A stretch of 64,000 nt of DNA from Trichoplax adhaerens (GCF_000150275.1 NW_002060946.1:4669454-4733453); one strand, 5' to 3'. Positions 13,101 through 27,793 are shown, numbered from the stretch's first letter. Notes: generated by a model not told the origin, from the sequence alone. Made by a program: numbers and translations.

Positions 13101-16100
13101 CTATTGACGTGATTGCGAGCAGCTATATATATAATAAATAATTAGCAAATGTCCATATGAACATAGGAAAAAAAGAATTAATGATTCCAGATTACAATTG
13201 AAAAAAATTGTATTTTAATACAATGTTGAGCATTATCGTAAACGAACCCCGATTATCTAGGGCATTCAACACTATCGTAAATTGTCGAAAGTAATCCACA
13301 TCATAGTCAGGACTGAAATATAAAAATTAGCAATGAATCAATTGCAATAGATGCAATTCGAATTGAGATAACAGAAAAAGAAATATTGATGCAGGATAAA
13401 TTAATGACGCTGCGTATTGGATTCTACTGGAGACCAGTGAAAAAAATTTAAAAACTAATATTGCTGTGGAAGATATAAATATTTTGCACGTTTAATTTCA
13501 TAGTAATGTACTATAGCCATCACTGAATTCAGAATTATACAACGACAAGAACTTTAGGATATAACCATAATATGGAAATCTTACTTAATAATACTATCAT
13601 GTCTTGCTAAAATGTTAACATCAGGATTGAATCGTAAAGCATTCTCCTTTGCAACCTGTAATAACAAATGATTAGATGACAACTGTTAGTAATTATACTG
13701 TAATAGTTTGTAACAGGAGAATTTTGTACCGTACTTAAAATTACAGTGTTAGAGCTACTTTTGAAGCAAACAATGGCAATATATACAATTCTTTTTACGA
13801 TAACATTTGTCTATCATAAGGACAATACGATCCAGTTAGAGATGGATTAAATAATAAACTCGTATATATTTCTATTAGGTTGGATTAGCTAAATTTCGCT
13901 TAGGGTGCTAGTAATTCTTAGAATGCTACAGATATCAAAAGGCGTAGCACTAGTCTCTTAAGAGAATAATATTGAATATGTGTACATTCTCGTAATCAAT
14001 CCTTACTAGAGATTTAAATAACAATATTAAGTTCAGTCGAGATTGTAAAGGCGCCATATTCAAAACTTAAGTAGAAAATATCTTCAAGTATAGAAATTTG
14101 TTATATAATAATACACTGATAAAAGCTAACAAGATTAAAAATAGCTTCAAGTCCAAGATGATGGATGTTAGTAAGTGCTCATTATCATTTCGAATGTTAA
14201 AAGTACAAGAATTATCATGACTTCCAAATTACCTTAGCCTTACTTTGACCAACATGTTCTTTTCGGAATAGAAATTGACGGTTTAAATTACTGACATCGA
14301 TGGTGTCCAAATCGACCTAAAGATCAAGGTAAAGCATTGATAGGCATTTAGATAGATAGATAACGTGGATACGTGTATTATCACAAGTTTTATGAAAATA
14401 AAATAATATCTTGAGAAATAGAACACATAACACATGCATCACCACTACTATAACATTATTTGGCTTATTCCCCATTCAGTCCTACTTAGACTGTCATGAT
14501 GTTACTCTACCATTAAAAGCAAGTTTACAATGTCATGTAAGTAAAATTTAGCAACTTGTCGGCTATTTATTTAAATTTAATGCCTTTAAAAATTTTGTAT
14601 TCATTCTCTTCATTCGCCTTCTGTTAATGTAAATTAATACAGTAAGTTTACAAGTTTTTTACCAATTAGTTGCATTCTATCTTATCATTTTACTCCGTCA
14701 TATTGTATACTAAATATCCGTATCAACTACCAAGATCGCGGATGATGGAATATCTTGTCTATCGTTGATAAAACTCAAGTAATAATTGATCTACGATTCT
14801 GTTGTCCATGATATCTTGGTTAACAATAACGTTCAAAATTATGAATGGACATCTGATTCCAGAGCGTTGTACCTCTACATTTCAGAGTAGAAATATTCAT
14901 ACTGTATACGTATACAGTATTTCAATACGTTAAATAAGCTGACATATCTATATATCTATATTTATCTTCCATGGAAATTTTAACTTTCCTGTTTAGTCAT
15001 TAGTAGATCGCAAAATAAAAAAAGATCACGAGCAACACACTCTATTTACTGAATAGCTGCAGAAGTTGCATTACCATCATACGATAGGACACCTGTGATG
15101 GATAAACATTGGACTAGAGACTAGAGATACTGATGCTAGGATAAATAAATAGCATACCAATACTGATCAGGCCAACCCTCAGTTAATGGCTACTAACTTC
15201 ATCAATCACATCACGATTGATGATACAGTAGCAAGATAGATGAAGGCAAGAAAAAATGTAGGATGTGGAATATCAAGAGTAAACATACACGTTTGCTCGC
15301 GATAATTTAGTATGAAAGAATAGTGATTAACGCGCTGATCCAATGAGGACCTGCAGACAAGAAGGAATGGAATGTCAATCCACTTTGATATTACAACTAG
15401 GTTCATCAAACGAACAAAATCGTACGGTATTTCAGTAAGGTTCAATCCAAAAAAAAGACACTATCATAGCTATGCTATTTCCCAAAGTAGAAGATGAATA
15501 AGCATGATGGTACTACAGATTTTATAAATGCTTTCGATTAATACGTCAGCAAAGAGGATGATTTCCAAGGTAAGCATCTATGGTGTACTTTTGTTACTAG
15601 CAAGTGGAAATAGTCTTCATACTAATTCATTAGCATCGTTTTAATCTACATGAACGAGATGGTGAACATGGTAGACAGGATTGATGAAAGAAATTTTCTC
15701 CTGGAAATGATGATATCATCGGATTGAAAACTAGGAAGAAAGATTGTTCATCCTGTTGACACTATTCTACTCCCATCGTCCTGGGCATCATGTACATCGA
15801 CATCGTGATATCAGTTGATGTACATTCCATTGGATCTATTTCTACCACCATCATGACTAGTATTGAATAGACTATTTATGTATAATGGCGACGAATTCAT
15901 CAATCTTACATCCATAATTATAATCAATAAGAGTTTGTTGATTGCATCGCTAGCCATCTTGACAAGATTGGTACTAAGAATGGCCTTACCAATTCGATAT
16001 TGTGAAAGCCAGTCATAACTAAATTCTTGATCAATTCACAACCGATGCCGCCAGCACCCACCACTAAAACTCTACATTCAAAGAGTTGCTTTCGTAGTTG

Positions 16101-16112
16101 TGTTAACATCAT
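10154..16112 (-). CDS. UBA2: SUMO-activating enzyme subunit 2 (SAE2), multi-exon
   Basis: [17 protein letters not shown] Rossmann motif; [16 protein letters not shown]; [13 protein letters not shown]; [35 protein letters not shown] (catalytic Cys); WDKDDD..MHFV; [17 protein letters not shown]; PNKGCYVC; acidic tail ending ...DSDDDLILV* at 10154. Confidence 0.96.
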
Positions 16113-17372
16113 CAATCGATGCCTAGTAGATCCAGATTACCTACAAATAAGCGCAAGAAGATATTTCGACTGCAATTAATCCAAGTTTCATGAAGATGAA
16201 TTTGCAATGATTTCATCGCGCAGTCTCAGTGAGACGGTAAAATGACGCGCGCAACGACTCAGTCAGTGCCTTCGTCTGGAGACTACGCCTTCGATTGGTA
16301 GTATTACCGACCATGTAGCAGTGCGCAGTACAGTTCCTACACTGCGTATTGTATATCGTAGACTGAGTCATATGGGTTTTTGCATACGCTGTCTTGACTG
16401 GTCTTCTGAGTTAGTACTCGTGCAGTAGTGCGCAATACAGGTGCTACACTGGATTATACTGAGATATTGCAATTTTGTTGTAGGCACTTTTTCTCATCTT
16501 CCTGGTCCTAACTTGATGCCATCATATACTGTAATATTTGACTGCATATTGTGCATAATCCATAATCCATGTTATACAGTAGCAACATAGATTCCTTGTG
16601 CTCTAACAACGACTATTTAATCTAAGTTTATCACACCAATCTCCCTCCCCTGCCACATTAATAAAGCTAAAGGAGAGAAAATCGTTTACTATACTTTCCT
16701 CTCCTTGGTATAGACGTAAATCACGTGACTAATTTGGCAACGGACGGACAGATTGAATGTCTACGAGGGACTCACGACGGGAGACAGACAGCCCATTGGA
16801 CATTCCGAGGAACAGAGTGATCGGGCCGATCATTTTCTAGTCATTCTACTATACGCTATGACTGACACCGTCTACTATACTGTATAAAAGTAACCAAGCA
16901 GCTAGTTGATCTTTCATTTTGACTACAGTAAATGACTATTGCTAGTCCGAGTTATCCTTCTCTTTCTTTTGACAGTGAAACAAGTGCCAAAATAGAGCAA
17001 TAACTACCGGTAATTTCCTTGCTGATCTCCGATACGACGTCCAAAAATAAATGACACACAGCTAATTTAATATGGGATTATGTTAGTAGCCATACTAAGG
17101 TCACGGTAGGTTCTCGTGTAGTACAGTATGTTGTACAGATTACGGCTTGACTGCTCCGTCTTAGTCTACATACTGTACTGTATCACTAGTTTTGTACTAT
17201 ACCCATCGTACCACCTTAAGATGATATACATACTGAAAACATAATTACTGGGCTATAGAAACGCATGTAATTTTAGGGATTGTTTGATTTATGACTGACA
17301 TACACTCGCCCGCTAGACACTATAGTGCTACTGTAGTGGAAGGTGCAGCTGCATGAGCTCGAGCTAGCAACC
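16113..17372. promoter_or_regulatory. Probable bidirectional promoter region between UBA2 and RPP40
   Basis: Divergent genes about 1.26 kb apart; CpG-rich patch ~16215-16330 with ATTGG (reverse CCAAT); repeated TACAGTA/TACTGTA/ACTACA motifs. Confidence 0.5.
16621..16840 (+). mobile_element. Possible short non-autonomous Helitron-like element
   Basis: Hairpin GTGATCGG-G-CCGATCAT (16817-16833) followed by CTAG (16837-16840) then T; internal GGAC/AGAC microsatellite-like runs; candidate A|TC 5' end at 16621 is a guess. Single copy in the window. Confidence 0.3.
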
Positions 17373-20187
17373 ATGGCAGCAGGCAGTTCGTTTCTGCCCT
17401 ATCAAGGGAAATTACTAGTAGAGTCTGGACCATTCCAAAATACTGATGAATACATTGCTAAGAGAATTGAAGAACATACCTTTAATTACGGCGTAAGATA
17501 CAATATAAAGATTAGACGTTATTCTGTTGCTATGTTATGCGCATTAGAAAGCAGCTGGATGCATGCAACAGCCAGATGCATGCATGCATCGAGATCTCAT
17601 CAATTGCCACCAATGAATCCAATTCGCAGTCAATAAGCAATCATTTATTAATACCTATACTTCCATCCTATTACTTTTTACTGATAGAATGGATATATAC
17701 AGCATACATTCGTTTGTGTCTTCATGATTAGACTTGATGCCGGTAGAACTGTAGTATAATCGTATATTATAATTACAACGGATTGCATGGATAATTGTCC
17801 TAGCTGTTGAGTGTACTGTATGGCCTACAACTTGCACTCGATTCTTAGAGAGAGAATGGATGATATGCTCTTATGTAGTTTCATAACAATGATTGACTCT
17901 GCAGTGTTAGAATAGCCGATAGTGAGCTTAAATTGAGTCTAAATGGTAAGTTCTATTATCATAAATATTTTAGATAGCACACACTAAATGCAAAGGTCGC
18001 AATAATACCACCCAGTTGAAGTATAAGATTGTCAACGCGTAACACATAGACTGTAAACTTACTGTAGTTCAATATTATTAGTCTTGTATATTAATTAAAA
18101 AGTCATTTCTACTAAAAATTTACGATCACATAATGACAAAATAGATACAGGTATATTCTTACTGAGGTCTTCAATGAATGGTTCATAACAGCCTGTCGAT
18201 AAAACCTTAAATGCTATAGTACAGTATATCATAAATCGATTATACGGCTAAAAATAACTAATTGACAGTGAACAGGATACAAAATAGTAATAAGTAAATT
18301 GATGTTTTATGAAACTGAAATAGGTAAATGATTATGAAAAAAAATATAGAACTTCATAATTCTACATTTGTGCTATAATAATTGCAGCAAAGTGCGGCAT
18401 CATTTATATTAAATTTATTATTGACCATCTTCCATTATGTTACTAAAACAGGTAGAAGTTGTTATACCCGGAATAGACACGCTACCACCGTTAATTTCCG
18501 ATTGGTTTACTTCAACAAGCAACTGTCATTATTTTGCTCATCTACCAGTTCATAAGTTCATCGACCTTGATTTTATCAATAATGTCATAAGGAAAGGTAT
18601 AGCAATCTTCATGATAACTGAGATTTATCTTTTGATTTAAAGAAGCACACTTATGTCATAAATGGGAATAATTCTGAAATTAATATTTTAGCATCTACAG
18701 TCAATTTGACATTTACTATATTAATATACAGGTAAATTTACAGCTTTATCTTGCTCTCACGTGGATACTGGCGATAGTATTGCTATTATACCAACAGGTA
18801 TCCAAGATTATAACCATCATTATAATCAATACCACACATATGCATATGTTGTCATTCTAATTTAAAGTAATTATGTTATAAAATTGACAGATACAGCTAT
18901 ACCATATAACAACGGTTGAACTTTTAATCTTTGCAGGTATTTTATATTTTTCATTGATGAAAGATACTTATCAGCAATTAGGATTGAACGGAAAGTCCTC
19001 GAATTTCAAAGGAATTGATCGATTTAGTAAATATTATATTTTACAACATCAGGCAAAAGCATTTAATATATATCAGTTTAAACTATACCTACATAATTTC
19101 AATGCTCATAACGCATCTACATTTTTTTTACCTAAAGTTGTACAGATAGATCTTCGCGATCCTGCTATCAAATCGGGTTCTAAATTATATAATCGTATTA
19201 ACTGGTGCCTAACGACTAACTTTGATATCAAATTTAATTTTTTAATGTCATGGATTCCTGGTATGTAACCAATCTTATTCTTTCTAAATATTTCTATTCT
19301 ATTACCTTTTTGTTGCTAGTAGAAGACTGTATAGCAATATCCGTAAACGTAACGCAATTTATATTAGTGCAATTGGAAAGGATACATGAATTATTTGCTA
19401 TTTTTAGACCATGATAACCAATTTAGATTAGAGAGCTGGCTAGAAGGACACAAATACTCAATTAAGCAGTGTTCAAGTATCCGTAAACATCATGAAAATT
19501 TATCTGTACCAGAAATCACTTGGTCATACCCGCAAGGATTTGTAGATGGTGTTGAAGATAAGAGCTGTAACATCTCTAACTTTTATGAATGGTTAGGAGC
19601 GCTATCATGCGATATTGACAGGTAAGTAGATATTATACTGACGCATTTATTACAATCATTTAAAATATTTGCTCCTAATTTTTTGCTATTTGAAAATTCA
19701 TTAAATGGCGATATTTTAATTTCTTAATTTCACAGTTCTGTTGGATCACCAGACAATTTCATATCAACCTATACTTGCCCAATACCTAATTTTACTGTAT
19801 CGAATTCCATCACCAGTAGATGTTTAGGCTTTATTTCTACTAATCAGATTAACAATCTAGTGCAAGATATTAGGTAAAGTTTCTGGTCAATAATTTTGTT
19901 AATAAATAGAATGTGTTACTTATTTTCTGCTAAATATAAATGCCAAAAAGGTTACGAGCGCTAATTTTGTTTAAATTGAATTAATCAGAAACCGTATTAG
20001 TTGGCCTGAAGATATTCCTTGGATAACCGTCAACGTATGGGGATTTCACGATAGTCCAGTATCATGGAAGGGATTTGAGCATAATTATTTTGTATGTGGT
20101 GATAATAATTACACTATAGTAATATTTCCGGGAACCTCTACTATTTGGTATATTTTTGCCACATCGGCGTACGATTCATATTCTTAA
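17373..20187 (+). CDS. RPP40: Ribonuclease P/MRP protein subunit p40 (multi-exon)
   Basis: LLVESGPF...HTFNYG|VEVVIPG; YFAHLPVHKFIDLDFI; DSIAIIPTG|ILYFSLMKDTYQQLGLNG; YNRINW; FYEWLGAL; STYTCP; PWITVNVWGFHDSPVSW...H...GDNNYT are all collinear with RPP40. Confidence 0.92.
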
Positions 20188-21792
20188 TACAATAGTCATT
20201 CTAATTATTTTTCATATTTGGCTATACTACTAGCACAAATCTGTATATATATATATATACTAACATATATACATATATGTCTGCAAGTATAACAGATATT
20301 GGATATATCGAGCTGATTATATATGTATTATTAAAAGGAGTTAATACTTGTTAACAATTTTGCATGTAATAAAATTTTGATGGTTCACGAAATCTTCTTA
20401 GGCTAACCGAATCCTAAATTAGGTTATTTGCTAGTATCAGTAATTACTGACTTGATTTGAGGTGATACATAATTTTGCATGCAGAATCGGCGGACGCCAT
20501 GGTTTAAGGCCGAAAGCCCTTTACAAGCCAATTGAATCTAAAATTATGAATCTATTGAAAAATTTGTTTATTCGTGTTGTAACACAATATTCTCGTACAT
20601 AGGGCATTAAAATACCATAACTGGAAGCCATACACCTTGTGTATCACTCTAAAATTGGTTCTTATTTAATATGATGCACTGTTTAGTGTTTATATCTTCA
20701 TTATCGTGGCTGCCTATAGAGTTATTGCGGTAATTAATTTAAGAACATTAAAATGAAACCAATTTTGAAATTTCGGTAATAGCCTGCAGTAAAAAATCTC
20801 ACAACCGTAATTTCGAATAATTGCAAAGATAAACATGTCTGAAAGATTAATGCTTTGCGTATAATATAATTTAAGGTTGTACAATATATGAATGTATGGA
20901 TGTGTAAAGTCTATTCTGAAAACTCTAAACGCATCTTTAAAATGTAAAGTATTCAGATCTTATTTACAATGTACATTATTACCGTCATTAGATTACAATA
21001 TGCGTTAGATGATTTCGATCGATATGCTAAACATTACCAAAATGATAAATATCTTAAATTATACATAATATCATGCTAAGCTTTTACATAATATTATGCG
21101 TTACATTCAACTTAAATGTAAAGATGTCATTAGCTTAGAACACGCATTATCTTAAAACAGAAGGCGATCTTTGTTAACACAGTAAAAAGTTTTTTAACAC
21201 TGTAGATACGAGTACATAAATAGTTTCTAATGAAATAATAAAACCAGCGTACGCTGTTGGCAATTCAATAATATATTAGCGGAATGTAATAGTTACTGCA
21301 ACTACAGACACGATACTGGTATAGAAATAAATTTGTGTAATCAGTCGTGTACGTAAAACCGTTATCTCTTTATGCTTTCATCTCTCTAATTTTAAAGAAG
21401 AAAATTGCATCGAATACTCGCTTAAAGTCATCGATATATTTTCCCGCAATTGGGGTAAAATTCCATTAGTTTATTAGTTATAAGAAATAACTTGCGAATT
21501 ATTCACGTTAGCTCCTACCAGATTTTTTGGTTATTAATAAGGCCAGATTTTGATTATCCATGCGAGAATCATAAAATAGCAATATTTCGAGAACAAATAT
21601 AGCATGATTTAAAATATGCTATTTGCTGATAGCCAGGGAGACAAGGTATTTCCTTATATCTATGTGTAGAGTATACTTAACATGTTTGAAATGAATTTTT
21701 TAGCCATGCATAAGTTTTAAATTTTGGGTATGAATTATTGATATGAAACTATAAATAATTAATCATCAATCAGTCTTGGAATATTACAGTAT

Positions 21793-22806
21793 TTATCTCT
21801 CAATAAACTGATTTGTAGCAATATTTTTATTTTTAGGTAGAAATCGACCATCGACAAAACGCAATCGAGTCAAATCGTTGAAATACTTGTTGTAATCATC
21901 TGGAGCTCGATGTAGACCTAATGATAGATGTGAAAGATAGGAAGACGCTGTTGATGATTGTTCTAATGGTTTCAAGTGGTAGCGATCACTGCTAACCGGT
22001 TGGATGGTCATTTTATTTACTGACAATTCAGGATTGCTTATCTTACCGGATTTGGTTAATTGCACCTGATGTTGATTATAATTTTTTTGACACAGTATTT
22101 TATGGTTACTATCCTGATTAAGATATTGTTGATTTGAAGCATCTTTAGCGCAATTATCGTCATCGGATTTCATTTTTGTAATATGAAGAGCTTTACTTTT
22201 CTCACCATAATTAAGGTTGTCATCTTGATGGCTTCTAGAAATAGTATGGCCGTTATATTGATGTTGTGGTAGTACCGGCGGTTGTTGATCGTCTATAATA
22301 CCATGTCGGCCAGTAAGACGCTCACGATTTTGATCATTTAAGATCGTTTTGTATTTATTAAGTGACTGGTTAGGATCTGAGTAGCCTTTATAACGATATT
22401 TATAAGTGACTGGATCAACATTAACATAGTAGACTAATTCATTATTATCTGTATGATAATTGAATCTCCTAACAGGATGTAAAGATTTCTTACTATTTTT
22501 ATTACCGCCATTACTTTGACTAGAAGTGTGATGATGTGATTGTTGGCTTTCTTTATCGTTAGGGTGATGTTGACTTGTTATTATATAACCAGCGTAAGGT
22601 TTAGCTTGGCTCCAACCGTAACACATTGAATAGTTATTGATTTCAACATGGGAATGGCATCTGGCTAAGTTACCATCATAAACTCCACTACACATGATAA
22701 GGTTATCTCGAATATTTTGCGCCGTTTCAAAATCAACATTTTGGCAGGATGAGCGTATATTTGTAGGTGATCTTGATACAGACAATGTTGGTGTTGATTC
22801 AGACAT
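21793..22806 (-). CDS. Single-exon 337-aa hypothetical protein, N/Q/S/H-rich
   Basis: A 1-kb non-repetitive ATG-initiated ORF in ~30% GC DNA is unlikely by chance. A polypyrimidine tract and AG lie just upstream, suggesting a 5'UTR intron. No family recognised. Confidence 0.65.
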   Translation of the reverse strand: MSESTPTLSVSRSPTNIRSSCQNVDFETAQNIRDNLIMCSGVYDGNLARCHSHVEINNYSMCYGWSQAKPYAGYIITSQHHPNDKESQQSHHHTSSQSNGGNKNSKKSLHPVRRFNYHTDNNELVYYVNVDPVTYKYRYKGYSDPNQSLNKYKTILNDQNRERLTGRHGIIDDQQPPVLPQHQYNGHTISRSHQDDNLNYGEKSKALHITKMKSDDDNCAKDASNQQYLNQDSNHKILCQKNYNQHQVQLTKSGKISNPELSVNKMTIQPVSSDRYHLKPLEQSSTASSYLSHLSLGLHRAPDDYNKYFNDLTRLRFVDGRFLPKNKNIATNQFIER

Positions 22807-25741
22807 TTCTAGTGTTGTTTACTAACCATGAATTGAAATAATATAGAAAGAAAAAACTGGAAAGAACACTCTCAAGTCTCGATAGATGCCTACCGAAGTG
22901 TGTTGAAAGAATAATTTTACTGCCGCATAAAGTACTCTCTCCTGTATTATAATTATAGTAGAGTGTATAAAATTTAAAATCGTTTGATTTCCATATCCGT
23001 CATACCTTACTTTACTCCATCTATTGGCAATCTAAGTTCAGGCCTATAAATGTACGGCTGAATATAGCTTATTCTCATCGATATTAGTGATGAAAGAAAA
23101 AAATTTCATATTATAAATGATGACAGCAACCGTCTAAATTTACATATAAACTGTAACTGGATGCTTGTTGTTATGGTGGTATGATACACTATAGATATTA
23201 TCTTTAAATACTAATGTATGGACTCCTATATAACAGGTTAGGCATAGCTGGATAGCATCATGGGGCATATGATGATTAAGGTCTTTCAAGTAGGGCGTCG
23301 TTACATTGTTTGTTATTTTTCATCATCACAACGAGGTCATTATTTCAGCAGTAATTATTAGATAATACTGATTCTATTCAGTCTTTTCTTCAATATTATA
23401 ATGCTATCTAGAATAATAACAAACGTTATCAGTTTATTACTATATTAAACAATTGTAGCTATTGTTCTATATGTCAAAATGGGTCACGATTGAAGAAAGA
23501 TCTTGACTGTATAGTTTTTCAATATCAAAGAAAGGAAATTCTGGTTATGCTGATGAAATAACATTTCAATTTGCGTTTGTAGCCTGCCTACTACGCTGAA
23601 TTCTATCATTTAAGAAGAACCTTATATGCGTAACAAGTTTGCCTTATCACAATTTACTTTCAGATAATTACATTGTCAAGTATAGAAGTAGGGTAAATTG
23701 TTGGGCTTAAAAAAAATTCTAGTAGTTTAGTATTCTCATTCTACATTATTATAGTACTTTTTAGCCAAGTAAGTACAAGATATCATTGTTTTAGGATAAT
23801 TATAGATCTATGGGATACCGTATGCATTTACGGTAAGCTAATGTTGAATGTTAGTTTACAAAGTTGAAATAGAACAAATGGTAGAATAGAAGTGTTTCGA
23901 ATGGTCTAACTTATTTAGTTGCTATAAATTAAAGCATCACTACCGTCTCTTTCTGCCAATTATGAGTTGATAAATCACAGTGGAATCACTAAATTAATGT
24001 TTAATTTTCAAAATACAGCCCTACAGATCTAAACTATTGCGATATTTTAGAATAAATCATATAGATCAAATTCTTCAGGCCGGAATGGCTCCATAAACCA
24101 TATACATGGGTATTGATTGATCAAGTTGGAGTACAAGTAGCAAGAGTTACAAAGGAATAAAAATATGAGATCTAGTACTTCCAGAAATGTAGATTATCCG
24201 ATTTCTATGCATGAGATCGTATCAATCGCCCACCTTAAGCAATTATGAAATGATGGCATGCCACTAGTGGATTAACGCTTAATTTTAATGCTCATAACAG
24301 TTTTTGCACGAAATAATAACGCTTTTAGATCAATCATATCAGTGTCGACTATTTCTTTTAAGTAGTTGAGTTAAAAAAGTATACTATTAGTAGATATCCT
24401 TCAAATTAGGTAGCCAAGATATAAATAGTATGCATGATATAAATTAGCTCTGCTAGATAATTACTCGTTTAAGTTTAAAAAGCATGCACTGAACACTAAT
24501 ATAACTCGTAGCAAACGGATGCTGAATCGAAAGCTTTTAGGGTAACAACGAAATGAATGTTGTATTTAATGTACTTCATCTCTGTAGATTACTCGGTCTC
24601 TATTAAATGTTATCTGCTTCTTGTGTTCTTTTTAGTGATCAAGGTGCATATTTCACCGGAGCAATACCAATATTTGCGTACATGCCATACTATAATCCCG
24701 ATGTCGAGATATGAAAGCACCCGTTACCTACTGGTATAACCGTAATTGTTCACATTTACGGAACGTCATATTTCGAGTTATATTAAAAATAAATTTACAA
24801 AAATTTCCTACCGTCTTGCTATGAGCAACCGGTCCTCACGTGAACTAATTCATTAAAAGCCCTGAAAATGCATCATAATAAAATAAGGTACTTGTTAGTG
24901 CTCTCTTTCTTATCTAGCAATATTTGCACTATATTCTTTAATGTAGATTATACAAACATTTATTCTACGAAACCATATTCGAGTTATAAATTAAAAGTGG
25001 TAGTTCCTTTTTTATTAATCTATCCAAATAATAGGGTTATTTTCTAAATCAGATATTAATTGCCGGTATATGAATAAACGGTAAATTAAACGAACCTTAA
25101 AATAGACGGAAGTGTTCATAGCATTTATGATATAAACATTAAGATATGATGACGATATTTGAACCAGCTATTAACTTTTAAGCGTGATTGTAAGTATATT
25201 AAGATGAAATTATAACCAAAACATACGAATATTCCATTTTTAAACTAACTCATAACTACAGAAGTTATATAACAATACAAGGTACAAACCAGAATACATG
25301 CTAATGCTCTAAAATAGGTCAAAGTATTACGGATACGAAGACATATTAGAAATACTTTAAGTTAATTATTTGTTTGACCAGAATTATTCCAAGGTGAAAC
25401 TTTTAATTATTGAAATTATATAAACAAAGGAAATGGAATACAGCATACATGCATACAGGATGGAAATGACCATATGTACATACGTATTGATATTATAATT
25501 ATTGGAAACTTCCAAATATTTTCCTGACAATAAGTATTCTGTAGCTTACTTCATAACCATTTACAGTAAATTAGAAAACGGCTGTTCCAATTCTAACTTC
25601 GGCACATATGAAAATTTATTTCTAATCGCAAAATTTATCAGTTTCTCACCATACCTTTCAGTCACGATGTCAAAATTTCGTAGAACCTATATTTCATAGT
25701 AAATATCAGGTAAATATTCCAAGAAATTCTTGATAATTCTT

Positions 25742-25981
25742 NNNNNNNNNNNNNNNNNNNNNNNNNNNNNNNNNNNNNNNNNNNNNNNNNNNNNNNNNNN
25801 NNNNNNNNNNNNNNNNNNNNNNNNNNNNNNNNNNNNNNNNNNNNNNNNNNNNNNNNNNNNNNNNNNNNNNNNNNNNNNNNNNNNNNNNNNNNNNNNNNNN
25901 NNNNNNNNNNNNNNNNNNNNNNNNNNNNNNNNNNNNNNNNNNNNNNNNNNNNNNNNNNNNNNNNNNNNNNNNNNNNNNNNN
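25742..25981. other. Assembly gap (run of N)
   Basis: 240 N bases. Confidence 1.
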
Positions 25982-27175
25982 ATTGCTTTCTAACAGCTGC
26001 CTTTAGTATTTGATTAAGGTATCAATATCATTATTTTTTAATTTACAATAGTCTAGAATATTTATTTACAGTACAGCACTCATATCTAATTCTGTCAAAT
26101 AAATGGACCCGTCAACAATTTAGAATTGTCTTTTAACCTTTTTAATCGTAAGCATTCCCTTTTGCAGATTTATAACCCTTTAAAAAGACTATATTTGTAT
26201 AGTGCCATAATTGGATGGAAAATATATGCAACTTTAGTGAGTCTCCAATTCAATACCAAGATGTTTTAGATCTATTTAACTGTAGAATCATTTTATAAAG
26301 TATTAGAAACAAGAACAAATGAAATACCTTCTGTAGGCGATGAATTTTCGATCATTTTTGGTTATTTCTATTATCGTACATTTTTAGCAGATGTACGGGT
26401 ATCTCAAATAATTCTTATAAGGATAAAAGTATCAAGCTATACTATATGCCGTTGCGTCTTTACAGAAAGCGTTCTAGCAACACCAGCAATGAGCATGTAG
26501 CACCATCTAGTAAACTTTCAGAGACAAGAATACGAGACTATAAACAACAGCAGAATGAATGCATCTATAGAACTAGGTCTTGAAACCTCAGTTTATACTT
26601 ATATCCAGATTTCTGCTATATTTTATCGATATATTGATATATTGTCTTCAAGTCTACTTCATTCGGATAGATTATATATAGTATAATGCAATTTAATTTT
26701 CGATAGTGTACTATCAAAGCTTCTTCTACAACGTTAAATACTAATAATAAGTAATTTTTTTCATCAACTTCGTGCTAATTCATTGATAAAATCCTTATGT
26801 CATACACATGAGTTTACTCTATTCTAATGTTACTTCACGCAAATAACTTTTTAGAAAGCTCTAAATTGTATTAATAAGCTATAAAATTCTTCCCTATCAT
26901 TTAATTTCAGCTGTAAGGAATCATTCTGATTTATTTTAAGCTAATCTTTTAATAATTTCATGCCAGCGAGTGTTATGATATTATGGAAGATGCATTTTCA
27001 CCAGAACGGTCAATATCAGTTATAATGAGTAATGTTACATTATGGTTTTAATTTTTAGCTTCTACAATAACAAATAATGCTGACGAAAGGATACAATTAC
27101 TGTAATCATTCATTAATACTCTAGTATTGTACAGTAATGTCATCTATAACTCAATAACCGATGAAATGAGACACT

Positions 27176-27793
27176 TATAGTAACGATGAAATATAAACTA
27201 TTGTAGCCTTATTAATATTACAAGCAGAATCGCCGCCTCAAGTCCTCTTAAATCTCACAAAATTCAATATCTCATTGACTCTAGTACTCTATCAATATTA
27301 TTTAAAATAACCATTGAAGTAATAGGATCAACTTAGATAGTAATAGGCGTAATATCTGAAATATTATACATCAAATAGACTATAGGAATAATCAAAATAA
27401 AATACTTATTACGCATTCTACATTAAGTTTCGGTACCGGTAATTGTAAACATTTTAAATTGATCAAAAAGCCTCAGAATGAGAAGAGTTACTTATTTCTA
27501 TAGTAACGATGAAATAAACTGCTATTACTCTTACTAATTTTACAACACAATTATTTGCCTCAAGTCCTCTTATATCTCCAAAAAGTCAAGATCTCATCGA
27601 TGTTACAGCTTTACAGATGCAATTTAAAGTAAGCATTGAAGTAATATAGTCAATTTGGGTAGTGCTAGGCGTAATATTCGAAATATTATACATCAAATAG
27701 ACTATGGAAATAACCAAATACAATACTTACTACGCATTTTAGACCATATATAGGTTATCGTTAATATTTTATATTGATTGGAAAGCTTTGTAT
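27176..27793. repeat. Diverged two-copy tandem duplication, period ~323 bp
   Basis: Shared blocks tatagtaacgatgaaat, gcctcaagtcctctta, cattgaagtaata, taggcgtaatat, gaaatattatacatcaaatagactat occur at 27176+ and 27499+. Confidence 0.9.

Noticed and set aside
16660-16840. U3 snoRNA or RNase P/MRP RNA near RPP40
   Set aside because: Only ACTATACTTTC resembles the U3 5' end; the other U3 boxes and the RNase P/MRP conserved regions are not visible.
20485-20525. Hammerhead-like GCC...GGCCGAAA hairpin
   Set aside because: The required CUGANGA core is absent.
25730-25993. ORF spanning Ns
   Set aside because: Artefact of the assembly gap.
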